Assembly: GCA_038087875.1 (NCBI GenBank)
Contig: JAXLNO010000617.1
Span: 1 to 64,000 of the forward strand
Source of the DNA: Malacoraja senta
Lineage: Eukaryota
Direction of reading: 5' to 3'
Length of the DNA stretch: 64,000 bases
Numbering within the stretch: the stretch's first letter is position 1; every line of letters starts with the position of its first letter. Positions 50,716 through 64,000 of this stretch are shown here, piece by piece. Under the pieces are notes generated by a model. The model made no database searches. It was not told where the DNA came from and worked only from the letters and a program-made list of their open reading frames with translations. The translations under genes were made by a program, and so were the position numbers.

Positions 50716-52676
50716 CGTTTGAATCCTTATCCTTTAAATGTAAAGGATGCCCTTTGTGTTCATATTAAACCTTATCATCTCACCTCAAACCCGTGTCCTC
50801 TGGTTCTTGATACCCCCACACTGGATAAAAGGCTCTGTTCATTCAGCTTATCTATTCCCCTCAATAATTCAACTATCTCAGCCTCCTGCACTCCAAGGAA
50901 TAAAGTCTGAGGGAACACAATTTTTCAGGCCCATACAGCTGATCCAATATTGGTCTCAACACCACCTTCCCACTTTTCCCACGTCTCCTGACTTCTGTTT
51001 AGTTTATAGTCAAGCATCCTCTTCCTTGAACATAGTCAATGTCTCAGCCTCTGCAGCTCCTTTGGGAAGATGACATCAAAAACTGTTGTGCCAGTCAGAG
51101 CAATATGGGATAACTTTGGTGTAATGACAAAACATTGTCCTCAATGAGTGTGCAATGGTCTTCTGATTTCTGCCAAAGCCATGGTCAACAGATTCACCTG
51201 TTGCAGGTGGACAGGAGAGGAGGAGGTCAAGTAGGTCATTCCCTTATGTTGGCTCATTCTCTACCTGCTGTACAAAGAGCCTGGCAGTCACATCCTTCAG
51301 GGTTTGGCCATCTCAGTGAGTGGTCGTGTGACCAAGCCACTCCCAATGATGGATGCTGAGGTCCACACCCAGTGTACACTCTGTACTCTTGCTTCTTTAA
51401 TGTCATTCGAGATTTTGCTCAGCTGACCAATAATGGTGGGCATTCAATAGGACAGTGAAAGCTTCCCAATGGTGAAATCTGTGGAATCCTTCCCATGAAG
51501 AGACAAGTGAGGAAAAAGTATGTTCTTTCTCCTTTCACCAGGGCCAATCCTCTCTCAGGGAATGGTTCAGTTTATCCTAATGGGTGCAATGGAATTGCCA
51601 GCATGTTTAATGATCACAAGCCTCTATGGAGGTTTTTTCATCATGAAATGGCAGGACCTCCCTGGATTGCATGTACTCTCTCGTGGAACATCAGGCCCAG
51701 CAGGATGCAGCAAAGCACCTGGAGCTCTCCCATTTGAGATCCATTCGAAATGTTCAAAATCCCAAAGGTGCAAGTTCGATTCCAGATGGAATCTTTATTT
51801 GTGGTATAATTCTATATCTGAACCCATTTGTATCAACACCAGTGGTGCCGGAACCCTGAGCTGGAGGGGGGGGTGTCATTTAGTTTGACAAGAGGCAGTG
51901 TCAGTTACTGTGCAGTATGAGGGAACCTCAGCTTGTCCTGTGCTCGGCTCAAAGCCACGTTGCTGCTTCTCCAGAATTCCACACAAGTTCCTCTGCAGAA
52001 GGTCAGTAAACTTCAGACATTATTCTTCATTGGTAATAGTGGATTAAATGAACGGGACTAAATGATTGAAATGTAGTTTGCAAAACTGATGTACTTCTTC
52101 AAATGTTATTGTAAAATGTGTTCTCCTTACAATGATGGTGTCTTCACTAAAAAGGGAACAAATTTCAGTATTTTTGCTACATCCGACTGATTAAAATCTA
52201 AAATAGCGGTGTTTCTCTTGACTATTCAAATGCATTTTATTCTTTCCCACATTTCAAATTTCCTGTTTCCTACCTGCTGTATGAAAATATTTCAATATAT
52301 AACCTTGTTTGTTGTTTCTGTTTTCCAAAACGATGTTTTCATCTTTAAAAAAAAGTAATTGTTGGATTAATCATTTTCCTCCACAGATGCCGCCTGAGCC
52401 GCTGAGTTCCTCCAGGAATTTGTTTTGGTTATTTTTTGCTTCAGGGAGAAGAAGTGCATGTGTTGAATTTTCAGTAGGTCTTTGATAAAACCATGCATAA
52501 AAGATCAACAAGTAATATTAAAATATGTAGATTTGGCAATGTTCAACTGGGATGGATTGAAAATTCTTTAGCAGGCTAGGAACTGAGACTTCTTTTGGGT
52601 GGCACATGGTGACTAATGAGCCATCATTGAAACCGTTGCTTGAGCCTGTTATTTTCAATGTACATTAATGATATTG

Positions 52677-54800
52677 ATAGACAATAGACAATAGGTGCAG
52701 GAGTAGGTCGTTCGGCCCTCGAGCCAGCACCGCCATTCAATATGATCATGGCTGATCATCCAACTCAGTATCCTGTACCTGCTTTCTCTCCATACCCCCT
52801 GATCCCTTTAGCCACAAGGGCCACATCTAACTCCCTCTTAAATATAGCCAATGAACTGGCCTGAACGACATTCTGTGGCAGAGAATTCCAGAGACACTAT
52901 CTAGCTCTCTCTTGAAAGCATCCAGTGAACCTGCCTCAACCGCCCTCTGAGGCTGAGACTTCCACAGACTCATCACTCTCTGTGAGAAAAAGTGTTTCCT
53001 CATCTCCGTTCTAAATGGCTTACTTCTTATTCTTAAACTGTGGCCCCTGGTTCTGGACCCCCAACATCGGGAACATGTTTCCTGCCTCTAGCGTGTCCAA
53101 ACCCTTAACAAACTTATATGTTTCAGTGAGATCCCATCTCATCCTTCTAAACTACAGAGTGTAGAAGCCCAGCTGCTCCATTCTCTCAGCATATGACAGT
53201 CCCGCCATCCCGGGATTTAACCTTGTAAACCTACGCTGGGCTCCCACAATAGCAAGAATGTCCTTCTTCAAATTAGGGGACCAAAACTGCACACAATACT
53301 CCAGGTGTGGTCTCACTAGGGCTCTGTACAAATGCAGAAGGACCTCTTTGCTCCTATATTCGATTCTTCTTGTTATAAAGGCCAACATCCCATTCGCTTT
53401 CTTCACTGCCTGCTGAACCTGCATGCTTACTTTCATAGACTGATGAACAAGGACCCCCAGATCCCGTTGTACTTCTCCTTTTCCCAACTTGACACCATTT
53501 AGATAGCAATCTCCCTACCTGTTTTTGCTACCAAAGTAGATAACCTCACATTTGTCCGCATTAAACTTCATCTGCCATGCATCTGCCCACTCCCCCCAAC
53601 CTGTCCAAGTCACCCTGCATTCTCATTGCATCCTCCTCACAGTTTACACTGCCACCCAGCTTTGTGTCATCTGCAAATTTGCTAATGTTACTTTGAATCT
53701 CTCCATCCAAATCATTGATGTATATTGTAAATAGCTGCGGTACCAGACCGAGCCTTGCGGTACCCCACTAGTCACTGCCTGCCATTCTGAAAGGGACCCA
53801 TTAATCCCTACTCTTTGTTTCCTGTCTGCCAATCTCTTCTCTATCCATGTCAGCACTGTACCCCCAATACCATTTGCCCTAATTTTGCCCACTAATCTCC
53901 TATGTGGGACCTTATCAAATGCTTTCTGAAAGTCCAGGTACACTACATCCACTGGCTCTTCCTTGTCCATTTTCCTAGTTACATCTTTAAAAAATTCCAG
54001 AAGATTGGTCAAGCATGATTTCCCCTTCGTATATCCATGCTAACTCTGACCGATCCTGTTACTGCTATTCAAGTGTGCGGCTATTTCATCTTTTATAATT
54101 GACTCCAGCATCTTCCCCACCATCGTCGTCAGGCTAACTGGTCTATAATTCCGTTTTCTCTCTCGCTCCTTTCTTGAAAAGTGGGATGACATTAGCTATC
54201 CTCCAATCCACAGGAACTGATCCTGAATCTATTGAACATTGGAAAATGATCACCAAAGCTTCCACTATTTCTAGACCCACCTCCATGAGGACCCTGGGAT
54301 GCAGACCATCAGGACCAGGGGATTTATCATCCTTCAGTCCCATTAGCCTACCCAATACTATTTCTCCCCTAATGAAAATTTCTTTCAGTTCCTCTACCCC
54401 CTTAGATCCTCTGTCCTCCAGTACTTCTGGGAGATTGTTTGTGTCTTCCTTAGTGAAGACAGATCGGAAGTACCTGTTCAACTCTTCTGCCATTTCCTTG
54501 TTACCCATAATAATTTCACCCACGTCTGCCTTCAAGAGACCCACATTTGACTTTGCTACTCTTTTTCCCTTAACATATCTAAAGAAGCTTTTACTGTCCT
54601 TCTTTATATTCCTGGCCAGCTTCCCTTCGTACTTCATCTTTTCAGCCCGTATAGCCCGTTTTGTTTCCTTCTGTTGTCCTATGAAAGTTTCCCAATCCTC
54701 TGGCTTCCGGCTACTCTTTGCTGTGCTATACATCTTTTCTTTTAGTTTTATTCTATCCCTAACTTCTCTTGTCAGCCACGGTTGCCTCCCACTTCCCTTA
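52677..54800 (-). mobile_element. CR1 LINE ORF2 fragment (~2.1 kb) with tail
   Basis: ORFs 54143-54811, 53644-54012 and 53152-53487 with CR1 RT motifs; (CTATTGT)n tail. Confidence 0.93.
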
Positions 54801-55378
54801 GTTGAGAACAAATCAGGAAGTAAAACAGCGCAGAGCTCAAAATAGACGAATCATTGTGGTTGAATTGCATAAAAGCTCTTAATGCAGCCTTAACCATTGC
54901 TCTGAATTTTGCTTCAGGTCCTGAATGTGATATGAGTTTGTATGTTGGTTGCACCAAGCTTCAGTGCGTCCCTCAGCACGTTTTCGTGCAGTCTGCAGTG
55001 GGTCAAGTGGCAACATTCCCTGATGGACCACACTTTGACAGATCGTTGCTTCATTCCTCAGCACAGTAACAGTGTGTGGGAGATGGGGCAATGTTCCTGT
55101 TCTTATAATCCAGCCTTTGACCCGCAGTGAGCAGCACCAGAACGGAAGTATTGCAATTGAAGTTTTATCTTTAGAAACAAAACAGACACTTCCTCAATCT
55201 TACATTCAATGGCCTTAGCATTGAAGGCAAGCATACCATACGCCTTCCTCACTACCCTAACTACTTGTGCTGCCACTTTCCGTGAGCTATCAACTTGGAC
55301 TCCAAATGCACTGAAGATATGTGTCTCAAACTGGCTCAGTCTAAAATTCTATGTTTTTTCCCACAGGGAATCCACGGA

Positions 55379-55466
55379 ATGAGGCCCAGGTTTTTCTGCA
55401 GCAGTTTGCCAGCTGGTTTGATGTTCGGTGTCTTTGTTTTCCTGCTTCGACCTGTTTCCACACAGA
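55379..55466 (+). CDS. Gene B leader exon MRPRFFCSSLPAGLMFGVFVFLLRPVSTQ
   Basis: Acceptor ttttcccacAG at 55365-66; donor A|GTAAGT. Confidence 0.85.
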
Positions 55467-56249
55467 GTAAGTGCTTTCTCTTCACCGGTCACAATCACGT
55501 TGCTTTACTTTATCATTGTCCGTGTAAACCCACACCCCATTGTCAATCTCTCTTTCCTCTCCACGTCCCACAAAACCACCCCATCCTTGCTGGAGCTCCA
55601 TTTCTGAGCCTCTCCCATTAGCTCCCTCCCTCCCCTTCCCCTGCACCAACATGGTCCTTTTCAAAGTCAGAAATGGCCCCCGGTGAGTAGTGTGACATAG
55701 TTGTCCACACCATCCTCCCCAACATCTCCCCACCACAGTCCAGGTGGGTGGAACTGCCCTTGACGTATAGATCCAGTCGCAGCCCAAGAACTACCCGCAA
55801 TGTCTTCACTTCATGCTCCAGCACAGTTCCCTCGGGCACCCTCCGACAATCTACCATGGACCCCTCCTATTTCTCATGCTCAAGCTGCCCTTCGGTGACA
55901 TCAGCTGACGTTTCACCGTTGCTTCCACAAGTTGACTGTGGACACCAGCTTGACCTCGCTAGCTCCTCCCTCGACCCCTCCATAGTCTCCACATTCCCAG
56001 ACTACACGTGGGACATCCAGGACTGCATGAGCAGAATTCCCCCCCAACTGAACACTTTGAATCCCAAAGCCATTGTCTTCAGTCCCACCACAACCCCTTT
56101 CTCCAGCCAGCAATTCCATTCCATTCAAATCCCAGAATATTTGGGGGTCAGACTGGTGATTCAGTGGCAGCAAACCAAACTCCAGGATGGTGTGTTGCCT
56201 CCCTGGTGCCAGGGTCCAGGATGTCTCCCACCAGCTGTGGGACATTCTC

Positions 56250-59200
56250 AAGGACGAAGGTGAACAGCCAGAAGGCGGTGGGCACTTTGGCACAAATGGG
56301 ATGGGTAGGAAAAGGGATGAGGTCTGATAGTTTCCCTACCACTGACATGAGTCTCACTACCTCAACAACTCTCCAACCCTTCCACAAACTCACCTGTGGC
56401 CAGAGAACACACACAGATCTTTATCAAGGCTCGCTGGGCTCATCATCTCCAGATTCCTCCCAGTGCCATGTGTTAGTGAAGGTAGGAATAGGAAGAAAGG
56501 ACAGATGAATGTATGGCTCAGGACTTGGTGCAGGGGGCAGAGATTCAGATCCAGATCATTCGGCCACTGGCATCTCTTCTGGGGCAGACGTCATCTCTAC
56601 AAGAGGGATAGTTTGTATTTGAAATGGAGGGGACCAATATGTTTGCAGGGAGGTGCACTAGTGTTACCAAGAGGGCTAAACAGGAGAGGTAGGGGGTGAT
56701 GGGAAGGTGGAGATGAAGATAAGTAAGTCTCAAAGGAAGGACAGACAGAGGGAGGTGAAGTTATATAGTGAAACTGTTGGGTGGAGGTATGTTCATTTCA
56801 ATGCAAGGTGTATTGTGGGCAATGTAGATGAACTTAGAGCCCTGATCGCTGTTGGGGACTATGATGTTGTGGTCATTGTGGAAATATGGTTGTGACAGGG
56901 ACATGACTAGCAGCTCAATGTTCCATGTTTCTATGGGAAAAAGATGGGGGAATTGCTCTATTAATCTGGGAAACTATCTTGTTGGCACTCAGTGTGCAGA
57001 CTCTGGATGGTTTGTCCATTGAGGTGATATGGGTAGAGCCATGTGTAAATATGAAAGGTGCAAGCAATTCAACGGAATTGTATGAGAGGTCCCCCAAGAG
57101 TGAGCAGGAAATAGAGGAACAGATGTGGACACAGATTACTGAAAGGTTACACAAATGGATGTCTTGGGGGGTGACTAATGGTATATCCAATAAGATGTTT
57201 TGTAACAGTTGTGAATAGTGCAACGTGAGAAAGGAATCGAAAATGGACCTTGTGTTGGGAAATGAGTCTGGCCAGGTGAATGATGTTTTAGTGAAAGAGT
57301 ATTTTGGAGACAGTGAATACAACTTCATAAGTTTTAAGATTGGTTTGAATAGGGATAAGTTTGGACTGTGCGACAAGACATTAATTTGAATAAGGCAAAT
57401 GACACCATTATTAGGCAGGAGCTTGGTAAGGTACACTCAGAGCAGTTGTTATTAAGTTACTACATGTCTGAGATTGAGAATTGTCCGAAGGTCAGTTGAT
57501 CCAAACTCAAGACCGGCAAGTTCCAGTAAGGAGGAGAGATAAGACTGGCAAAGTAAGGGAACCTGAGATGACCAAATAAATTTGTAAATTTGGTCAAAAA
57601 TAGAAAGGAAACACATGCAAGGTTCAAGAACATGATATCAGAGACGGTCATTGAGGAATATAAAGCAAGGAGGATAGAACTCAAGCGGGCGATTAGAAGA
57701 GAGAAAATAGGCCACAAAATGGCTGTGACGATTTGGAGTAAAGAAAGTTCCAGGGCTTCTTATACTTACATTAAAATCAAGACGGTAGACATGGAGAAGG
57801 TAAACAAGGATAAATGAAGGAAACGGAAACTGGAGTTAGGGGATGTAGGTGAGGTGTCAGATAACTCCAGGGATGAGAGGAGCAAGGGGAAAGGGGAAAA
57901 GAAAATATGTCAGTAAAAAGGCGGGGTGGATTGTTTGGGGATTTGTTGCCTGAAAGTCAAGAATTCAATGTTCATACCATTAAGTTGTCAGATACCCAAG
58001 AGAAATATGAAGTGAGATTTCTTCAGTTTGCATGTGGCCTCACTGGCAATGGAGGAGGCCAAGGACAGAAAGATCAGTTTGGGAATGGGAGTTAAAATGG
58101 TTTATTTGTTTAGAGAGAGAATTCAGTGAATTAAAGAACTGTGAGTCACATGACAACGGTAGGAAACAATTGGAAAGGATTATTTGGGTTAGAATTGACT
58201 CCCATTTGGAACAAAATAGATGAGGGGATTAAAGACAGTAGGCATGACTTTTACGTGGCATTGTCTACAGTGATTGTAATAAGGCACTTGGTAAAGTCCC
58301 CCATGATAGACTGATGATGAAGATTAATTAGCGTGGGATTAACATTGAATTGTTTGTCAGCATTCAGAATGGGCAGACTAGAAAACAGAGGAAAAGGCAA
58401 TATTCAGGCAGGAAATCTGTGACCAGTGGAGTTCTATATGGATCTCTGCCAGGACCACTGTCGGTCATGATTTATGCAATGAATTTAAATGTAGATGGGT
58501 TGGTTAGTACATTTGCAGATGAGAACAAGATTGCTGCACTGTGAACAACGCTATCAAAGTATCAAAGTATGTTGTAAAGTAATGAATGGGATATAGACCA
58601 GCTACAGAAATGGGTGGACAAATGACAGATCAAGTTTAATTCAAGCACCTGTGAGGTGTTGCACTTTGGGAGGTTGAATATAAGGGGAAGATATACAATT
58701 AACGGCAAGGCCCTTAACAGCATTGATGTACAGAGGGACCTTGGGATCCAAGTCCCAAACTCTCTGAAAATGCTAATACAGGTAGATAGAGTGACAAAGA
58801 AGGCAGATGGCATGCCTTTGGTTGGATCATTAGGTATAAGAGTCAGGAAGTCAGGATGTGATGCAGCTTTGTCGGACTTTGGTTGGGCCGGATTTCAAGC
58901 ATTACATGCAGTTCTGGATGCCCCAAAACGATGCAGAGGCTTTGGAGACAGGGCTGAGAAGGTTTACAAGAATTATGCCTGTGTTACTGGATATTAGCTA
59001 CAGGGAGAGGTTGAATAGACTTGGATTGTTTTCTCTGGAATGTTTGACATTGAAGTGAGGCTTGATAGAATTCTACCAAATTATGAGCGACAAGGTCAAT
59101 GTAGACAGTCAGAATCTTTTCCCCAGGATGGAAATATCAAATACAAGAGGGCATGGGGGGGCTTTTAGGTGAGAGAGGCAAAGTGTGAAGGAGATGTGAA

Positions 59201-59425
59201 GGACAAGTATTTTACAGTGGTGAGTGGCTGGAACCTGCTGCTGGTGGTGATGGAGGGAGATGTGTGAATGTGATTTAAGAGACTTTTGGATAGGCACATG
59301 GACATGCAGGGAATGGAGAGATATGGATTATGTGTAGGCAGATAAGAGTTGGTCGTGGCATTATGCTCGACATGGACCTTGTAGGCCGAGGGTCTTGTTC
59401 CTGTGCTGAACTGTTCTATGTTGTA
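56250..59425 (+). mobile_element. Old, heavily decayed long CR1 LINE (ORF1 esterase-like end, endonuclease and RT remnants) in gene B intron 1
   Basis: QMNVWLRTWCRGQRF...HWHLFWGRRHLYKRD; YVHFNARCIVGNVDEL; STFADENKI; LHFGRLN...QRDLGIQV. Confidence 0.8.
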
Positions 59426-59806
59426 AATCACTGTGGAATGAGGAGCAGGCAGGGAGGCAGGAGCATGTTTATTCTGTTCCAGGTCTGTCCGACAAGGGCC
59501 GGGGATGCGGTGTGTACAGAATCGGCCTGATCTCCACCCACATCAGGAAACCCCGTCACAGAGAACCCGACACAAACGCCCTTCCACCTCCGTCTTTCTC
59601 CCACTCACTCTTCTCATGTCATGAAGGATCAGGCCAGGTTATTCCAGCCAGCCATCTATTCACAAACAATGTCCGTCTCACTGGAGGTTCTGTGGGAGAT
59701 CAAAACATTCTGGAAATAAATGAAATTAAAAATTAATAATTACAGAGATGGAGTGGAGGAAATGTGCTTAAAATGTTAATTCCTACATTTTTCCTATTTC
59801 CAACAG

Positions 59807-60148
59807 AAATCAGAAAACAGATTTATTTCTTGGATAATGGAGGCAACATTGTGTTAAAAGGACCGGTCAATCCTGGGAGTTACACTGTTGTCTGGGAATG
59901 GGAACCACACTCGGGGCCGGGAAAACACGCTGTGGTAACTCTCCGCGCCGAGAACAAGGGCATGTGGGGCAAACAGTGGGACAATGGCTGGGAAAACGCA
60001 GACAAGAACCAGGAGGTGGATGTGGATCTCCGTACTGGTAATCTGTCAATAAAAAAACCCAGATTTAAATGGTCAGGATTGTTCACTTTGACCGAAACAC
60101 GTCCGAGGAACCAGATCCTGAAACGATATGAAATATATGGGATCAAAG
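59807..60148 (+). CDS. Gene B exon D1, cysteine-free V-like Ig
   Basis: IRKQIYFLDNGGNIVLKGPVNPGSYTVVWEWEPHSG...LSIKKPRFKWSGLFTLTE...YEIYGIK; 342 bp. Confidence 0.88.
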
Positions 60149-61704
60149 GTGAGTGGGCGAGACACGGATGAACAATATCTTTCTTTGTAAATAATGTTAC
60201 GTGTAATGATGAAATATGGCGGGAATTGTGAGAGTTCTTCCACCCGATGAATCTCCCAATGAAACAATTGGGGGAAAGATTTTTCTTCATTGATTCTGTG
60301 GGCCTGGGGTGAGATTGTCGAGTGACACTGCTGCTCAATGTTACCCAGTGAACCAGGTCCATGCCTCACTTGGTTGAGATCCCAGAGGAAGTCCTTCATC
60401 TGTGGAACTTACACTGGTGGGAGAGTTCCCACCTTGAGGGCGGTCGGGGGAGACATGACAGGGACAAATGGACAAACGTATCAATCCGGTTACATCTAAA
60501 CGTTGTTTGCATTCACTGGTCAGAGTGTTGCCGGTTGCACCAGCAGTGTCACGGTGAACAGCCGGCATTTACCTGTGTGAATATGAACAGCTTCAGGACT
60601 TCCACCCATGCGTTTCACAACGAGGAATTCCACAACTTGCTGACAGGTCTTTTGGTGAATCTGCCAGCGCTCCCCTTCACTTCTCCACGTGGAGACCAGG
60701 ACTGGAGCAGGAATATGCTGATATTCCCCGACACTGGCACTGGGAAAACTGCTCCCAGATCCGGTGCCTGCAGGGGTGGAGACTCTTCAGGAATCAAAAC
60801 TAATCGTTATTGTAGAATTAGACTCTTTAATGATAAAATAAATGAAATATTCAATATTAATAAATGTGTTTACTTCTAAATGTTGGTGCCACTCAGAACC
60901 ATTCCAACAGCTTGGGAACTTTAGCAGAGGATGAACAAGGCCTTTGCCTCCTGTAGACAATTCTCCACGGGTATAAATGGATTGGGATTTGTTCATTGCT
61001 CTAACGTTTGCCGAGATACAGTGAATGAGGTTGGATCCAACTACTTTGATCTTCATGTTTTCCCCAGCGAATTCTCCATTGCAGAATAATCTAGGCTGCA
61101 GGAGTACGTGCCGAGGGACACACTGAAGATCAGTGCAGACAAAGCAAAGGCATTGTGGAATAGAACTACAGTCCATGGACCTTCTGCCACCAGTCCCCGC
61201 CGAGCTAAATCTAATGTACAAACCTCTGAAACACTTGAATTGGTATCATCTCAGGATGCAGCATGAGTGTCAAGAGTGTTATGTACACAAAATGTGTGAA
61301 CACCGTCAAAGTGAGGAACAATAACACTATGTCTGTGTAGTCTGTACAATATCAAATTCAGATTTAGATTTATATTAGTTCATTGTCATATACATTTGGG
61401 TAAAACACATTCATTGGTCAGATAAAGTAAATTATAATAAAAGGTACATTAAAAAATGCAACAAAAACAATACAGCAGAATGGTGCAGAGATTGCAGTGC
61501 AGTCTGAAGTAATGCAACATAAAAGTAACGTTTATGAAAATGCCCCAGGGGATGATGAGTGTTTGTGGCTCTGGGCTTGGACTAGCTGGAGTTTAGAAGA
61601 ATGAGGGGCGGGTCTAGGTTTTCACTTGAGGTGAGATTGAGCCCAGTCATTGGACTTGTACAAACCACTACTCACTCTGAATCTCATTCATCTGTTTTTC
61701 ACAG

Positions 61705-61971
61705 TTGAGGCAAGTCCACGGATCATTCTGCTGGGCAGTGACGTCACACTCAGCTGCACCATCTCCAGACTCTCAGATACAGTCAGTCTTCACTGGAGAC
61801 CCATGGACTCATCCCAGCAGAACAGGAACAACACTGATCAGATCCGCCTCGATAACACGGTCTATCTGATGGTTCGACACGTTACAGTGGAGGATGGGAA
61901 GTATGTGTGTGATGTGCAGGAAAACGGAAACATTGTTCACACAAGTAATGGCGATTTTACTGTAAACAACA
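61705..61971 (+). CDS. Gene B exon D2, C2-type Ig
   Basis: VEASPRIILLGSDVTLSCTISRL...DGKYVCDVQ; 267 bp. Confidence 0.9.
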
Positions 61972-63022
61972 GTGAGTGTAAACACCTCCCATTGGATATC
62001 AAGTAGACACTTGTATCACGGTGCTTCTTGTAATATTATGTGTGTACCCTGTGAAGAACTGTGGCAGTGACCAACTGCTCTCCAGTATAAAATGCTGCAA
62101 TGGTCAGGGAGAAGATTACAGAAAGTCTCTCTGTGGAGCAGCTGCCTGCTTGTCTCTGTGTGACAAACACACAGCACAGGAGGGGGATGTCTTTCTGTAA
62201 CCATTCTTCAGTAAAGTATTTTGTCAGTTTATCTTGCCATCAATGCTCCAGTATCTGAGACTGAGATACTGATACAGGACTCACGTCAAAGTGTCAGATA
62301 GTAAGTGTAGTCACCATGACAACCACCAGCACTTGCTGCTCACACTCACACTGGGGGTCCCGACCCACACATCAGCACTGAACAACAATCCATCCCCTCT
62401 CCCCTCACTGACCCTTCTCTCCGAGTCTGGTGTTGCTTGAAGTGATTCCAGCAGCTGCAGACTCGGGCTTCGGATCAGCATTCAGCTGGGAGCAGGATCT
62501 GGGAACAGGGAAGAACACGGAATCAATGGGTGTGAATTGGAGAGGGATGGTGGGAATAATGGGAATGAAGGGACGGGAATACCCGACCCACTTGAAGTGC
62601 CAACCTGTCCGGGTCAGTCCCCGCGCAGGCATCCTCTGGGCTGCTTCTGTCCGCAGCCTGAACCTGCACCACCTCCTGCAGACAGACTGACAGAGACATT
62701 CACCTCCCAGACCGCTCTCGGGAGTCTCCTGGAGGTTTCATTCCATCCCGGGAGATTCCCGGACAGTCCGGGTGTGGGGGCGAACCTAATGTTGAAATGT
62801 AGAGTGGAATATCCAAACTTCACTGCAATTTACTGCCGTACAGGACATTGTATTTTATAAAGATCTGATGAGTTTAGTGCGGCATTCATGAAAGATGTTA
62901 CATTTGAAACTTGATCAGCTGAACAAAACAGCACGAATGTTTATAAGAATACGGTTGAGAATCACTGTATGGCACGGTAACTGTAATACTGAAAGGAGTT
63001 ATCCTCTGTCTCTCTGATACAG

Positions 63023-63364
63023 ATTTATCTTATGGGATATACATACTTTACCGCTCCAGCACAGATCACAGTGAACTTCACCTGGTTTGTTCTGGGAGTT
63101 ATGGTGATAGCTATTCCCGTGCTCACTGGACCTGGACACCTCATCACCTAAAACAGCAGAAAGTAATAGCATCTGCAGAAGGTTCTCAGCCCAACAATGT
63201 CAAAGGGACCGACTTCGGGAAACGACTGGTGACCTCAGGGAAACCCTTCGATGGCAAGGATTTCAGTGTGAGGATTGTCCCCGTTTTGTTTCAAGATGCC
63301 GGAGTTTACACCTGTTTTCTGGAATCAAATCGATTTCGCACCATTTATCTAATCACAGTAAAAG
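63023..63364 (+). CDS. Gene B exon D3, V-type Ig (intact)
   Basis: LSYGIYILYRSSTDHSELHLVCSGSYGDSYSRAHWTW...FQDAGVYTCFLE; 342 bp. Confidence 0.9.
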
Positions 63365-63442
63365 GTAGGAGACAGAATGTTGCCACTGAGTTTACTGATG
63401 AACTTATTGTTTAAAATGTAAACAACCTGCTTGTTTCCACAG

Positions 63443-63703
63443 TCACAGCTGAACCGTCAGACGCAGTGACTGAGGGAGGCACCGTTACCCTGACCTGCTC
63501 TGTGTCTCACGTCATTGGGTCAATGAAACTGGTTTGGATCAATGGCGATGGCAAAAGTGTTGGAGAAAAGACACTGACCGGGAAAGAGAAATCACAGAGT
63601 CTGGTTATTTAGAAAGCTGAGAGAGGCAGAGGGAACTGGAGATGTGGTTTGTTTCATCAAGACCTGCCCCGGCTTTTTGTCCCGTACTATCAGGAGCCCC
63701 GTG
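63443..63703 (+). pseudogene. Gene B exon D4 with in-frame TAG
   Basis: VTAEPSDAVTEGGTVTLTCSVSH...QSLVI*KAERGRGNWRCGLF; 261 bp. Confidence 0.88.
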
Positions 63704-64000
63704 GTAAGTGATAAGGGTTTGTTCTTCATACTTAGAGTCATGATTGAGTTTTGATGTCGCTTATTGATCCTGAAATTTGAGTGGAATATTTTCTTCCAGT
63801 TTGTGTGGTCTAACTCTGTTATGAATACCGAATTCTCAAATTTCAAATAACACTTCCCGAACCCCACTCCCCCCCCTTCATTGTGCACGAATTTATCCCA
63901 CCACCCAGTTATCTTATTCCCTTCCCTTCCTCTTTCAACTCATTTACCACCCCTTCTAATTGAAGAGTTTTCCTTTTATGTTCTTGCTCTACTTCCACCC

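Larger units (their letters stand above)
55379..63703 (+). pseudogene. Gene B: paralogous Ig receptor (leader + D1-D4, continues beyond window), premature TAG in D4
   Basis: Exons 55379-55466, 59807-60148, 61705-61971, 63023-63364, 63443-63703, all GT-AG phase 1; TAG at 63610-63612 where gene A has CAG. Confidence 0.8.
61655..64000. repeat. Inverted near-identical duplicate of ~26340-28685 (D2-D4 region including introns)
   Basis: Mirror-image ORFs in the track (e.g. 27517 vs 62614, 28136 vs 62016) and direct comparison. Confidence 0.95.

Noticed and set aside
51060..51950. Short ORFs in the intergenic region
   Set aside because: No recognisable motifs or splice structure; probably decayed repeat

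Overview
Eukaryotic (vertebrate) genomic DNA, most likely a cartilaginous fish (skate/ray). This is inferred from the repeat content: CR1 LINEs with (TTTCTATG)n/(CTATTGT)n tails, HE1-like tRNA SINEs and Penelope-derived short repeats. The main content, found by reading splice sites by hand, is a head-to-head pair of paralogous multi-exon Ig-superfamily receptor genes. Gene A (minus, ~39369 to 14879) has a leader, 8 Ig domains built as a duplicated 4-domain V-C2-V-C2 unit (Cys-less first V, WxC-type fourth domain as in CD4/LAG-3), a TM exon and a cytoplasmic exon with an ITSM (TEYMSV). Its TM+ITSM module is tandemly duplicated. Gene B (plus, from 55379, running off the window) shows the leader and the first 4 domains. 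Both carry lesions. A has TGA at the D3 Cys, a frameshift plus TG acceptor in D5, and a TG acceptor in one TM copy. B has TAG in D4. All exons are phase 1-1, so skipping could rescue products. A multi-C2H2 zinc-finger ORF directly abuts the 3' end of gene A. A degenerate class-I ERV lacking its 5' LTR sits in intron 1 of gene A. The rest is CR1, Rex1/Babar, L2, Penelope, SINE and DNA-transposon remnants, minisatellites and several inverted repeats. Repeat family names are from recognition only and were not database-checked.
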